From positions 36,551 through 100,550 of the forward strand of contig JAFGQR010000096.1 of the NCBI GenBank assembly GCA_016935555.1: 64,000 bases of DNA, in the 5' to 3' direction. The stretch's first letter is position 1, and every line of letters starts with the position of its first letter. The notes under the pieces were generated by a model. The model was given only the letters and a program-made list of their open reading frames with translations, searched no databases and was not told the DNA's origin. The DNA comes from Verrucomicrobiota bacterium. Lineage in GTDB: Bacteria > Verrucomicrobiota > Verrucomicrobiia > Limisphaerales > JAFGQR01. A program made the translations under genes and the position numbers. Below, piece after piece: positions 26,695 to 35,261 of this stretch.

Positions 26695-29600
26695 TCAGCT
26701 GCATCCGAGGCTTTCGCCGCAGTTCAGGCATTTGTAACACGCGCCGCAACGCACCGCGACGTGGCCGCACTTGGGACACGGGGGTGCGTCTTGTTGATAG
26801 TGGGCAATGGCGTCGCTGAGGGTTTTAATCGCCCGTCCATGGCTTTGACCATCTTTACGGGCGCCATTGCCCAAAGGTTCCGTGTTCTTGAGGTTGATGA
26901 CCTCGGTGTCCTCTTCGGAAAGGGGGAGATCGGCGACGGGCCGGTTGAGCTGTTTTTTGAGTTCGTCCTGGAGGCCGGGCATCGGCAGCTCGGGCTGTTT
27001 GCGGTTGGGAGCGTGGGCCTCGCGGTAGCCGGGGATGAACTGGTGGGCCATCCAGCGGAACACGTAATCGGTGATCGAGGAGGCGTTGGGGATGTCGCGG
27101 TTCTTGGTGAAGCCGCTGGGCTCGAAACGTTGGTGGGAGAATTTCCTCGCGAGCGCATCGAGAGGCACGCCGTACTGCAGCGCCATGCTGGTGAGAGTGG
27201 CGACACTGTCCATGAGGCCGCCGATGGTGGATCCTTCCTTGGCCATGGTGATGAACAGCTCGCCCGGCTGACCATTCTCGAACAGGCCGACGGTCAGGTA
27301 GCCTTCATGGCCGGCAATGTCGAACTTGTGGGTGATGGCCGTGCGGGTTTCCGGCAGGCGGCGCCGGAGCGGCTGCAGAGCCTGGTCGCGGAGCTTGGCG
27401 ATCTCGGTTTCGAGCTGGCTCACCTGGGCTTTGAGCGCCGCCACCTCCTTGGGCGCCGTGTCGGCGCCTTCGGGGATTCTCTTGGTGTTCAGCGGCTGGC
27501 TGCGCTTGGAGCCGTCCCGGTAGATGGCCACACATTTGAGGCCCATGCGCCACGCCTGCACGTAGGTGTCGTAGATGTCGGCCACGGTGCAGTCGTTGGG
27601 CATGTTGACCGTCTTGGAGATGGCGCCGCTGATGAACGGCTGGGCGGCGGCCATCATGCGCAGATGGGCCATGTAACCGATGCTGCGCTGGCCGATGTAG
27701 GGTTTGAACGCGCAATCGAACACGGGCAGATGCTCGGGCTTCAGGCCGCTGCGCTGAACCGTGCCGTCGGCCAGGGTCACATCCTCGATGGTCTCGTGCC
27801 GCTCGATGTGGTCCACAATCGCGCGGACGTCGGCTTCGGAGTAGCCCAGCCGCTCGAGAGCTTCAGGCACGGTGCGGTTCGCAAGCTTCAACATGCCGCC
27901 CCCGGCGAGCGACTTGTACTTGACAAGCGCGGTTTCCGGCTCGATGCCCGTGGTGTCGCAGTCCATCAGGAAGGCGATGGTGCCGGTGGGGGCGAGCACG
28001 GTGACTTGCGCGTTGCGGTAGCCGTGACGCCGGCCCTCCTGGAGGGCGCGGTCCCAGCAGCGGCGGGCTTCCTCCTTCAGGAAGCCAAACTCGGTGCTGG
28101 CCTGGATGGCCTCCACCGCGTCGCGATGCTGCTGCATGACGCGCAGCATGGAGGTGATGTTGTCCCGCTGCAGCGGCTTGCGCACATGCGCGCACCGCGC
28201 GTCCGCATAGCCCGGAAAAGGCCCCACCTGCGCCGCAATGGCGGCCGACTGCTCATAGGCATGACCCGTCATGACCGACGTGATCGCACCAGCCAGCGCG
28301 CGCGCCGCGTCGGAATCGTAGGGCAACCCATAGCCCATGATCAGTGAGCCGAGATTGGCATAGCCCAGTCCCAGGGTCCGGAAGATGTGCGAGTTTTCGG
28401 CGATCTCCCTCGTGGGATAGCTGCCGCCGTCCACGATGATCTCCTGGGCAGTGACGAAAATCCGCACCGCCGCCTTGAACCGCTCGACATCGAACACGCC
28501 ATCGGGCCGCTTGAACTTCACCAGGTTGAGCGAGGCCAGGTTGCAGGCGGTGTTGTTCAAAAACACGTATTCGGAGCAGGGATTGGTCGAATGGATCGGC
28601 TCGGTGCCCTTGCACGTGTGCCATTTCTGAATCGCGCCGTCATACTGGAGACCCGGGTCGCCGCACACCCACGTGCCCTCGGCAATCTTCTCCAGCAGCC
28701 GCCGCGCCTCCTTTTTCTCCAGCGGCTTGCCCGTCGTCACCGCCCGCGTCCACCATTCCCGGCCGTCCAGCGCCGCCTGCATGAAGGCGTCGCTGACGCG
28801 CACCGAGAGGTTCTCGTTCTGGTACATGACGCTGCCATACGCGTCCCCGTTGAACGAGCCGTCATACCCCTGCTCAATCAGCGCCCACGCCTTCTTTTCC
28901 TCCTTCTGTTTGGCATCGATGAATTCCTCAATGTCGCCGTGCCAGTCCCGCAGCGTGTTCATCTTGGCCGCGCGCCGGGTTTTGCCGCCGCTCTTGACCA
29001 CGTTGGCAACCTGGTCGTAAACCCTCAGAAAGGACAGGGGCCCGCTCGGATGGCCGCCGCCGCTGAGTTTCTCCTTGCTGGAGCGGATGGGCGACAAGTC
29101 GCTCCCCGTGCCCGACCCGTACTTGAAAAGCATCGCCTCGCTGTGCGCAAGCTGCATGATGCTTTCCATGTTGTCCTCGACCGACTGGATGAAACAGGCG
29201 CTGCCCTGCGGCACCTCGTATTGCGTCGCGGCGCGGGCCGTCGTGCGCGTCTTGGGATCATAATGCCAGTTGCCGCGCGCCGAGTGTTTGCCCACCCCAT
29301 ACTGCTGATACAAGCCGAAATTGAACCACACCGGCGAATTGAACGCCCCATACTGATTCACGCACAACCACGTCAGCTCCCGGTAAAAGGTCTCGCCCTC
29401 CTCCTTCCCAAAATACCCGTCCCGAATGCCCCAGTCCGCAATCGCCCGCGTGACCCGGTGAATCAGCTGCTTCACCGAAGTCTCGCGCTCGGGCGTGTTC
29501 AGCTCGCCGTAGAAATATTTCGACACCACCACCCGCGTCGCCAGCATCGACCAGGACTGCGGCACCTCCACGTCGGTCTGCTTGAAAATCACCTTGCCCT

Positions 29601-29808
29601 TGTCGTTCGTGATCTCCGCCGTCCGCCGCTCCCATGCAATCTCGTCAAAAGGATGCACCGTCGCGTCGCTGAACACCCGCTCAAAATGCAACGCCTTCCG
29701 CCCACGCCCCCGCCCCTTCCATCGAGACCCAACCGGACTCCCCCCACCCGAGCGCACCGGCGATTTCGTCCTCGCTGTCATCAGTGATCCATCGCGTACA
29801 TCGATCAT
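26695..29808 (-). CDS. nrdJ: adenosylcobalamin-dependent (class II) ribonucleotide reductase
   Basis: About 1037 aa. Typical class II motifs include ACFIQSVEDNMESI and NPCSEYVFLNNTACNLASLNL, with a C-terminal Cys cluster CPKCGHVAVRCGACYKCLNCG. Start taken at the internal ATG 29808; 29781 is the alternative. Confidence 0.92.
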   Translation of the reverse strand: MIDVRDGSLMTARTKSPVRSGGGSPVGSRWKGRGRGRKALHFERVFSDATVHPFDEIAWERRTAEITNDKGKVIFKQTDVEVPQSWSMLATRVVVSKYFYGELNTPERETSVKQLIHRVTRAIADWGIRDGYFGKEEGETFYRELTWLCVNQYGAFNSPVWFNFGLYQQYGVGKHSARGNWHYDPKTRTTARAATQYEVPQGSACFIQSVEDNMESIMQLAHSEAMLFKYGSGTGSDLSPIRSSKEKLSGGGHPSGPLSFLRVYDQVANVVKSGGKTRRAAKMNTLRDWHGDIEEFIDAKQKEEKKAWALIEQGYDGSFNGDAYGSVMYQNENLSVRVSDAFMQAALDGREWWTRAVTTGKPLEKKEARRLLEKIAEGTWVCGDPGLQYDGAIQKWHTCKGTEPIHSTNPCSEYVFLNNTACNLASLNLVKFKRPDGVFDVERFKAAVRIFVTAQEIIVDGGSYPTREIAENSHIFRTLGLGYANLGSLIMGYGLPYDSDAARALAGAITSVMTGHAYEQSAAIAAQVGPFPGYADARCAHVRKPLQRDNITSMLRVMQQHRDAVEAIQASTEFGFLKEEARRCWDRALQEGRRHGYRNAQVTVLAPTGTIAFLMDCDTTGIEPETALVKYKSLAGGGMLKLANRTVPEALERLGYSEADVRAIVDHIERHETIEDVTLADGTVQRSGLKPEHLPVFDCAFKPYIGQRSIGYMAHLRMMAAAQPFISGAISKTVNMPNDCTVADIYDTYVQAWRMGLKCVAIYRDGSKRSQPLNTKRIPEGADTAPKEVAALKAQVSQLETEIAKLRDQALQPLRRRLPETRTAITHKFDIAGHEGYLTVGLFENGQPGELFITMAKEGSTIGGLMDSVATLTSMALQYGVPLDALARKFSHQRFEPSGFTKNRDIPNASSITDYVFRWMAHQFIPGYREAHAPNRKQPELPMPGLQDELKKQLNRPVADLPLSEEDTEVINLKNTEPLGNGARKDGQSHGRAIKTLSDAIAHYQQDAPPCPKCGHVAVRCGACYKCLNCGESLGCS

Positions 29809-29965
29809 GGCTTCAAATCCTAAAATGCTCTCGCACCACCAGTTCCAATTCTGAAAACCCTTCCACCCCAGCCGTCCTGCTCCAACCCCAGCCAGCCAGC
29901 CTCTCCAACCCAACCCCAATCCACGAAAACCCCATCCAGGCCCAATTTCAAAAAAAATCTCAAAA

Positions 29966-30013
29966 CCCCAGTATTTTGGGGGCAACGACCAACGTAGCCA
30001 CTACATATAGGGG
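29966..30013. promoter_or_regulatory. candidate tandem NrdR boxes overlapping a TTGCAA-N17-TACGTT promoter-like element for nrdJ
   Basis: CCCCAGTATTTTGGGG (29966-29981) and CCACTACATATAGGGG (29998-30013) are both 16-bp palindrome-like, with centres 32 bp apart. They match 10/16 and 12/16 positions of the published NrdR consensus acaCwAtATaTwGtgt as I recall it. Confidence 0.45.
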
Positions 30014-30182
30014 TTGCAAGAAAATTCTTTAAAAAAGTTGTTCAATGGTTATTAGGCCCCAAATGCACCCGGATCTCACCCAAAACCGGCCCCTCCAGGC
30101 CCGTTGTTCGCACCTGTGAATAACCCGGACTGCGAATAAACCCCTGCTTGCTTTCTTCCTCCTCCACCCCGTCAATACGCTC

Positions 30183-31676
30183 ATGCAATCCCTGCTCTGC
30201 CTGGCGGTCATTCTCGCGACAACGGTTTTCGGCCCGGGTGCAGGCGCCGCTCAAGTCAGCGCGCCCGTCCGGCCCCCTCAGCCGATGCGCGAGTTTCGGG
30301 GTGTCTGGGTGGCGACGGTACGGAACATCGACTGGCCTTCGGCGCCGGGTCTGAGCACCGCCCGGCAGCAGGCGGAACTGGAGGCGATCCTCGACCAGGC
30401 GGTCGCGCTGCGCCTCAACGCCGTCCTGTTCCAGGTGCGCCCGGCGTGCGATGCCATGTATGCCTCGGTGCTCGAGCCGTGGTCGGAGTATCTGACCGGC
30501 GTCATGGGGCGGGCGCCGAAGCCTTATTACGATCCGCTGGCGTTTGCAGTCCAGCAGGCGCACCGGCGCGGCCTGGAGTTGCACGCGTGGTTCAACCCCT
30601 TCCGCGCGCGCCATCCCAGCGCCACATCGCCGCTCTCCCCCACCCACATCAGCCGAACCCAGCCCGCCCTGGTCAAATCCTACGCCGGCTCCCTCTGGCT
30701 GGATCCCGGGGAGCCGGCCGTGCGCCGCCATTCGCTGCGGGTCATTCTCGACGTCGTCCAACGCTACGCCGTGGACGGCGTGCATCTCGACGACTACTTC
30801 TACCCTTACCCGGCGCGGGATGCCCGGGGGACGGCGGTGGATTTTCCCGATGGCCCGACTTGGGCGCGTTATCAGCGGCAGGGAGGCAAGCTGAGCCGGG
30901 CGGACTGGCGCCGGTCCAACGTGAACACGTTCGTCAGAGATCTCTACGCCACCGTGAAAAAAGCCAACGCCGCCGTCCACGTCGGCCTGAGCCCCTTCGG
31001 CATCTGGCGGCCCGGGCAGCCGGCGCAGATCAAAGGTTTCGACGCCTGGGCCGCGTTGTATGCGGACTCGCGCGAATGGCTGCGACGGGGGTGGATCGAC
31101 TATTTTGTTCCCCAGCTCTATTGGGGCATCGCCCCGCCCCCGCAGAGCTTTCCCGTGCTGCTGGACTGGTGGCTCTCCCAAAACACCCAAAACCGCCACG
31201 TGCTGGCCGGCATGTCCTGTTACCGGCACGACGCCGCCGAGCTGGCCGCCCAGGTGGCGGCCACCCGGGGCCGCGCCGCCGCCCGGGGCCAGTGCCTCTG
31301 GAGCGCGCGAGTGCTTGCGGAGAACCGCCACGGCATCGCCACCCATTTCCGGACCAACGTCTACGCACACCCTGCCCTGCCGCCCGCCGCCCCCTGGCTG
31401 GACCGACAGCCGCCCGCCGCCCCCAAAGTCGTCGTGCGCCCCGGGGCCGGCTCGGCGGCCAGGGTCAGCTGGGAGCCCGGCGACGCGGAACCGGCGCGGC
31501 TTTGGGTGTGGCAAACCCGAACCGGTTCCCGCTGGACAACTGCCATCCTCCCCGGCCAAGTCACCTCCCAGCTGCTGCCCCGCCAACACCTCCCCGACGC
31601 CATCGCCGTGTCCTCCGTCGACCGCGCCCGCAACCTCGGCCCCGCCACCGTGGCGCGCCCGGCATCGCCGCCCTGA
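30183..31676 (+). CDS. secreted glycoside hydrolase-like family 10 (GHL10/DUF187, YngK-like) protein
   Basis: Signal peptide followed by the hallmark REFRGVWVATVRNIDWPS, then LNAVLFQVRP and ELHAWFNPF. Confidence 0.8.
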   Translation: MQSLLCLAVILATTVFGPGAGAAQVSAPVRPPQPMREFRGVWVATVRNIDWPSAPGLSTARQQAELEAILDQAVALRLNAVLFQVRPACDAMYASVLEPWSEYLTGVMGRAPKPYYDPLAFAVQQAHRRGLELHAWFNPFRARHPSATSPLSPTHISRTQPALVKSYAGSLWLDPGEPAVRRHSLRVILDVVQRYAVDGVHLDDYFYPYPARDARGTAVDFPDGPTWARYQRQGGKLSRADWRRSNVNTFVRDLYATVKKANAAVHVGLSPFGIWRPGQPAQIKGFDAWAALYADSREWLRRGWIDYFVPQLYWGIAPPPQSFPVLLDWWLSQNTQNRHVLAGMSCYRHDAAELAAQVAATRGRAAARGQCLWSARVLAENRHGIATHFRTNVYAHPALPPAAPWLDRQPPAAPKVVVRPGAGSAARVSWEPGDAEPARLWVWQTRTGSRWTTAILPGQVTSQLLPRQHLPDAIAVSSVDRARNLGPATVARPASPP

Positions 31677-31750
31677 CGCGCGCCCCGCCCCGTGAGTCCC
31701 GGGAAGAATTTGGTGGCCGTCCGTGGCGCGGGGGCTATAATGGCCACCGT

Positions 31751-32653
31751 ATGGGCAGCGTCGACATCTTGAGCGGGATGAAACGATTCGAAATACCCGG
31801 TCGGCTCACGGTTCTCGAGGGCAACGGTGATTTGCTGAAACTGGAGGCCACCACGGAATGGAGCAGGGCGGAAATTTATTTTCACGGGGCCCACGTGACC
31901 GATTTTCGGAAACACGGCGAGCCGCCGCTGCTTTTCACCAGCCAGTGCAGCCGTTTCACCTCCGATCACCCCATCCGCGGCGGCATCCCCGTCATCTTCC
32001 CATGGTTCGGCCCCCGGGAAGGGCTGCCGACGCACGGCTTTGCCCGGATTGCCCGCTGGGAACTGCACGAAGCCACCGCCGTTCCCGAGGGCGGTGTCAG
32101 CCTGCGGTTCGGCTTTCCCGAGACCGCCCTGAGCACCACCTGGCCCCCCTTCAGCGCCAGTTACGTCGTCACCATCACCGACCGCCTCGTCCTCGCCCTC
32201 ATCCTCACCAACCTCGCCCCTGAACAGCCGCTCGTCTTCGAAAACTGCCTGCACTCCTACTTCCACCTCGGCGCCCTCGACGCCGCCTCCGTCCACGGCC
32301 TGCAGGGCGCCACCTACCTCGACAAAACCGACAACTTCAACGCCAAAACCGAAACCGCCGACGCCATCCGCATCGCGTCCGAAACGGACCGCATCTACCT
32401 CGACAGCCCCGGCACCGTCGAACTCCTCGACCCCACCCTGCACCGCCGCATCCGTATCGAAAAGTCCGGGTCCGCCTCCACCGTCGTGTGGAACCCGTGG
32501 ATCGCCCGCGCCCAGCAGATCCCCGACCTTGGCAACGACGACTACCTCCGCATGATCTGCATCGAGTCCGGCAACGTCGACCGCAACAGGATCACCCTCC
32601 CGCCGGGCCATTCCAACACCCTCCAGGTCGCCCTCAGCAGCGCGCCCCTCTGA
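31751..32653 (+). CDS. D-hexose-6-phosphate mutarotase (aldose 1-epimerase family, YeaD-like)
   Basis: IRGGIPVIFPWFGP, THGFARI, ETDRIY and VVWNPW motifs. The ATG at 31751 lies in the tail of a long spurious ORF (30446..). Confidence 0.85.
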   Translation: MGSVDILSGMKRFEIPGRLTVLEGNGDLLKLEATTEWSRAEIYFHGAHVTDFRKHGEPPLLFTSQCSRFTSDHPIRGGIPVIFPWFGPREGLPTHGFARIARWELHEATAVPEGGVSLRFGFPETALSTTWPPFSASYVVTITDRLVLALILTNLAPEQPLVFENCLHSYFHLGALDAASVHGLQGATYLDKTDNFNAKTETADAIRIASETDRIYLDSPGTVELLDPTLHRRIRIEKSGSASTVVWNPWIARAQQIPDLGNDDYLRMICIESGNVDRNRITLPPGHSNTLQVALSSAPL

Positions 32654-32765
32654 CCCCCCGCCGGCCCCCCGCCTTCGGCCCGCGCGCTCGATCTCTGAAT
32701 CTCCGCTCATGGACGCATCCCGGCCCACAAGCGGCGCTTTGGAAAGATAGGGACGGGACCCCGCC

Positions 32766-32805
32766 ATTCGATATTCGGCGTTGGGCGTTCGGTGTGGGGC
32801 GTTCG
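32766..32805. repeat. dispersed ~40-nt intergenic repeat, copy B (partner at 26513-26553)
   Basis: ATTCGATATTCGGCGTTGGGCGTTCGGTGTGGGGCGTTCG contains three GGCGTT units. See copy A. Confidence 0.75.
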
Positions 32806-32857
32806 TCTTGCCCTGCTTCCTGGGAACCTGGACAACCCTCCAGGATCGAAGAACCCA

Positions 32858-32904
32858 TTTTTTTTGTTGACATATCAACGATCGTTATGTAAACAATATG
32901 CCCG
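32858..32904 (+). promoter_or_regulatory. AT-rich promoter-like island with T-tract, TTGACA and a 10-bp palindrome
   Basis: TTTTTTTT-G-TTGACA (32867-32872), 17-nt spacer, TAAACA (32890-32895). A perfect palindrome AACGATCGTT (32877-32886) sits in the spacer. The ATG of the next gene is at 32905, so the transcript would be leaderless or nearly so. The -10 match is weak. Confidence 0.35.
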
Positions 32905-33909
32905 ATGACTGCAGCCGACCCTCCCCGCCACGCCCCGGCCGGCCTTCGCCCACGCCCGGCGCCCCCGCCCGCACTCCGCCCCGACCCGCCACGCACCGCC
33001 CTGCCCGCAGACACGGCCGCGACCCGGCGCGCCCGCGCAACGCTCGCGACGCTCTGGAGACGGCTCTGGCTGAACGCACGGGTGATCCGCCTGGCGGCGT
33101 GCCGCCGCTGGCTCGACCGGGGCGCCGTCGCCTGCGCCTACGACCGCGTCGCGCCCGACTACGACGACGCCTGGCAGTGTCATCTGCGGCCGGTGACGGA
33201 CGATCTGCTGTCGCGGCTGCCGGCGCTGCCCAGGGGCCGGATCATGGACTTGGGCTGCGGCACCGGCTACGCCACCGGCATCCTGGCCGCGCGGCATCCG
33301 GACGCTCCCCTGGCGGGGGTGGACATCTCGCCGCGGATGCTGGAAGAGGCGCGGCGGCGGGTGACGCGCGGGGCTGTGGAGTTCGCGGTGGCGGACATGC
33401 TGGCATGGATGGCCGCCCAGCCGTCGCGGAGCGCGGCCCTGGTGTTTTCGGCGTGGGCGATCGGGTATTCGGATCCGGCGCGGGTGCTGGCGGAGTCGGC
33501 GCGGGTGCTGGTGCCGGGCGGGGTGCTGGCGTTTGTGGTGAATTACGCGGACACCCTGGCGCCGGTGTTTCGCGCCTACCGCCACTGCATGACGCTGCAT
33601 CCCGGCCAGGTGCGCCTGGCGGCCTGGCTGAAGTTCCCGTCCTGCTGGCGCCGCCTGGAGGGCTCCCTGGCGCGGGGCGGGTTTCACATCGCGTGGCACG
33701 CGGACGGCCGGCAGCCGATCGTGCCACCGGCGCCGGCGGGCGGCGCGGTGCTTCCGTGGCTGCTGAAGACGGGGGTGCTGGCCGGTTTCGATGCCATGCT
33801 GCCTTTGGCGGCGCCGGGACCGGTGTCGGAGCATTTCGAGACGTTGTTGCGCCAGAATCCGGGGCCGCTCGAACATCATTACGCCGCTGCCGTGGCCTGC
33901 CGCCCATGA
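32905..33909 (+). CDS. class I SAM-dependent methyltransferase
   Basis: Motif I IMDLGCGTGYATGIL, post-I GVDISPRMLE, and motif VLVPGGVLAF. The N-terminal ~50 aa are Pro/Arg-rich, so the true start is uncertain. The stop overlaps the next ATG (ATGA). Confidence 0.82.
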   Translation: MTAADPPRHAPAGLRPRPAPPPALRPDPPRTALPADTAATRRARATLATLWRRLWLNARVIRLAACRRWLDRGAVACAYDRVAPDYDDAWQCHLRPVTDDLLSRLPALPRGRIMDLGCGTGYATGILAARHPDAPLAGVDISPRMLEEARRRVTRGAVEFAVADMLAWMAAQPSRSAALVFSAWAIGYSDPARVLAESARVLVPGGVLAFVVNYADTLAPVFRAYRHCMTLHPGQVRLAAWLKFPSCWRRLEGSLARGGFHIAWHADGRQPIVPPAPAGGAVLPWLLKTGVLAGFDAMLPLAAPGPVSEHFETLLRQNPGPLEHHYAAAVACRP

Positions 33910-35204
33910 ACTCTCAACTCTTCAGCCTCCTCCGCATCGTGCTCAACCCGCGCATCACCGCAACCCCGCTGCGGGTCCTGCGCGCGATGCGCGCCCGCGG
34001 CAACCCGCGTCTGCCGGGCGTGGTGGAGCAGGAGTTGGGGGGGGGCATGGATAAGCGCCACGCGCTGGGGTTTCTGCGGCAGTGGCTGGATGGGGAGCGT
34101 CTGACGCGCCACGGGGGCCAGTGGGTGTTGAACTCGTTTCTGCCGCCGTTTCCCGGGCCGGCCTTCAACCGGATGTTCGAAAACCTGCTTTCGGGCCGCC
34201 GGCTCAGTCCGGTCTCGGCCTACCTGGCGGTGACGGCTTCGTGTCCGTATCGGTGCTGGCATTGCAGTCTGAAGGAGCGGCGCACGGGGCACTTGGACAC
34301 GGGCGAATGGCGGGCGGTGATCGGGGAATTGCACGGGATTGGCGCGAGCCTCATCGGGTTCACCGGCGGCGAGCCGCTGACCCGCGAGGAGTTGCCGGAA
34401 CTCGTGGCCGCGGCCAGCGGGGGCGGCGCGGCGACGATTGTGTTTTCGTCCGGGGCGGTCGTGGACGCGGGGCAGGTTGAGGCGCTGAGGCGGGCGGGGT
34501 TGTGGTCGATGTGCGTGAGCCTCGACCACACCGATCCGGCCGAGCACGACCGCCTGCGCGGGGCGGAGGGCGCGTTTGACCGGGCATTGGCGCTGGTGCG
34601 GCTGGCGCGTCGGGCCGGTCTGTACACGATGATCGGGGCGGTGGCGACGCGCCGGCTGGTGGAGGAGCGGGGGTATGAGGGATTGCACCGGCTCGGACGC
34701 GAGTTGGGGGCGCACGAGCTGCGGCTGGTCGAACCCATGCCGTGCGGCCGGCTGGCCGGCGCCGGGGCGGACACGCTGCTGACGGCCGACCACGTGCGCC
34801 GCCTGCGGCGCTTCCACGTGGAGACCAATCGCGCGGGGCGGCGCCCGAAGGTGTGCGCGTTCAACCAGGTGGAAAGCCCCGAACTGTTCGGTTGCGGCGC
34901 CGGAACGCAGCACCTGTTCATCGATTCGGCGGGGGCGGTCTGCCCGTGCGATTTCACCCCGATGAGTTTCGGCCGCGCGGCCGCCGAGCCGCTGGCGGCA
35001 ATCTGGACGCGGATGAGCGAGGCGATGGGGCGGCCCCGGCGGCATTGTTTCATCCAACGGCATCACGAGCGGATTCGGCGGCACGCGGAGGGGGGCTTTC
35101 CGCTGGAGCCGGCTGCGAGCTTGCGCGTGTGCGACGAGGTGGGGCGGGAGCCGCTGCCGGATTACATCGCGCGGGTCCACGGCGGGTGGGGTCAGGACGC
35201 TTGA
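33906..35204 (+). CDS. radical SAM enzyme with Cys-rich (SPASM/twitch-like) C-terminal region
   Basis: CPYRCWHC (CxxxCxxC), GGEPL motif FTGGEPLT, and a C-terminal CAFNQVESPELFGCGAG...AVCPCDF...RRHCF. It has a ~110-aa N-terminal extension before the cluster motif. Confidence 0.88.
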   Translation: MNSQLFSLLRIVLNPRITATPLRVLRAMRARGNPRLPGVVEQELGGGMDKRHALGFLRQWLDGERLTRHGGQWVLNSFLPPFPGPAFNRMFENLLSGRRLSPVSAYLAVTASCPYRCWHCSLKERRTGHLDTGEWRAVIGELHGIGASLIGFTGGEPLTREELPELVAAASGGGAATIVFSSGAVVDAGQVEALRRAGLWSMCVSLDHTDPAEHDRLRGAEGAFDRALALVRLARRAGLYTMIGAVATRRLVEERGYEGLHRLGRELGAHELRLVEPMPCGRLAGAGADTLLTADHVRRLRRFHVETNRAGRRPKVCAFNQVESPELFGCGAGTQHLFIDSAGAVCPCDFTPMSFGRAAAEPLAAIWTRMSEAMGRPRRHCFIQRHHERIRRHAEGGFPLEPAASLRVCDEVGREPLPDYIARVHGGWGQDA

Positions 35205-35261
35205 CGCCGGCTGTCGGCTGCCATTCCGCGGCCACCCGGCATTGCCGGACGCACGCATGGA

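Noticed and set aside
29809-30040. Cobalamin riboswitch upstream of the B12-dependent nrdJ
   Set aside because: I could not find a B12-box-like core or the conserved riboswitch helices in the leader. B12 riboswitches also typically control B12-independent isozymes or transport, not nrdJ.
30446-31750. N-terminal 435 codons of the 735-aa track ORF 30446..32653
   Set aside because: This part overlaps the GHL10 gene out of frame and is R/P/A-rich. Only the segment from ATG 31751 matches the aldose-1-epimerase family.
32898-33905. Upstream extension of the radical-SAM frame (track ORF 32898..35204, 768 aa), which would make a fused giant enzyme overlapping the methyltransferase gene
   Set aside because: The first ~335 codons translate to P/R/G/A junk. 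The +1-shifted frame gives a clean class I methyltransferase with motif I. The ATGA junction at 33906 gives a sensible radical SAM N-terminus.
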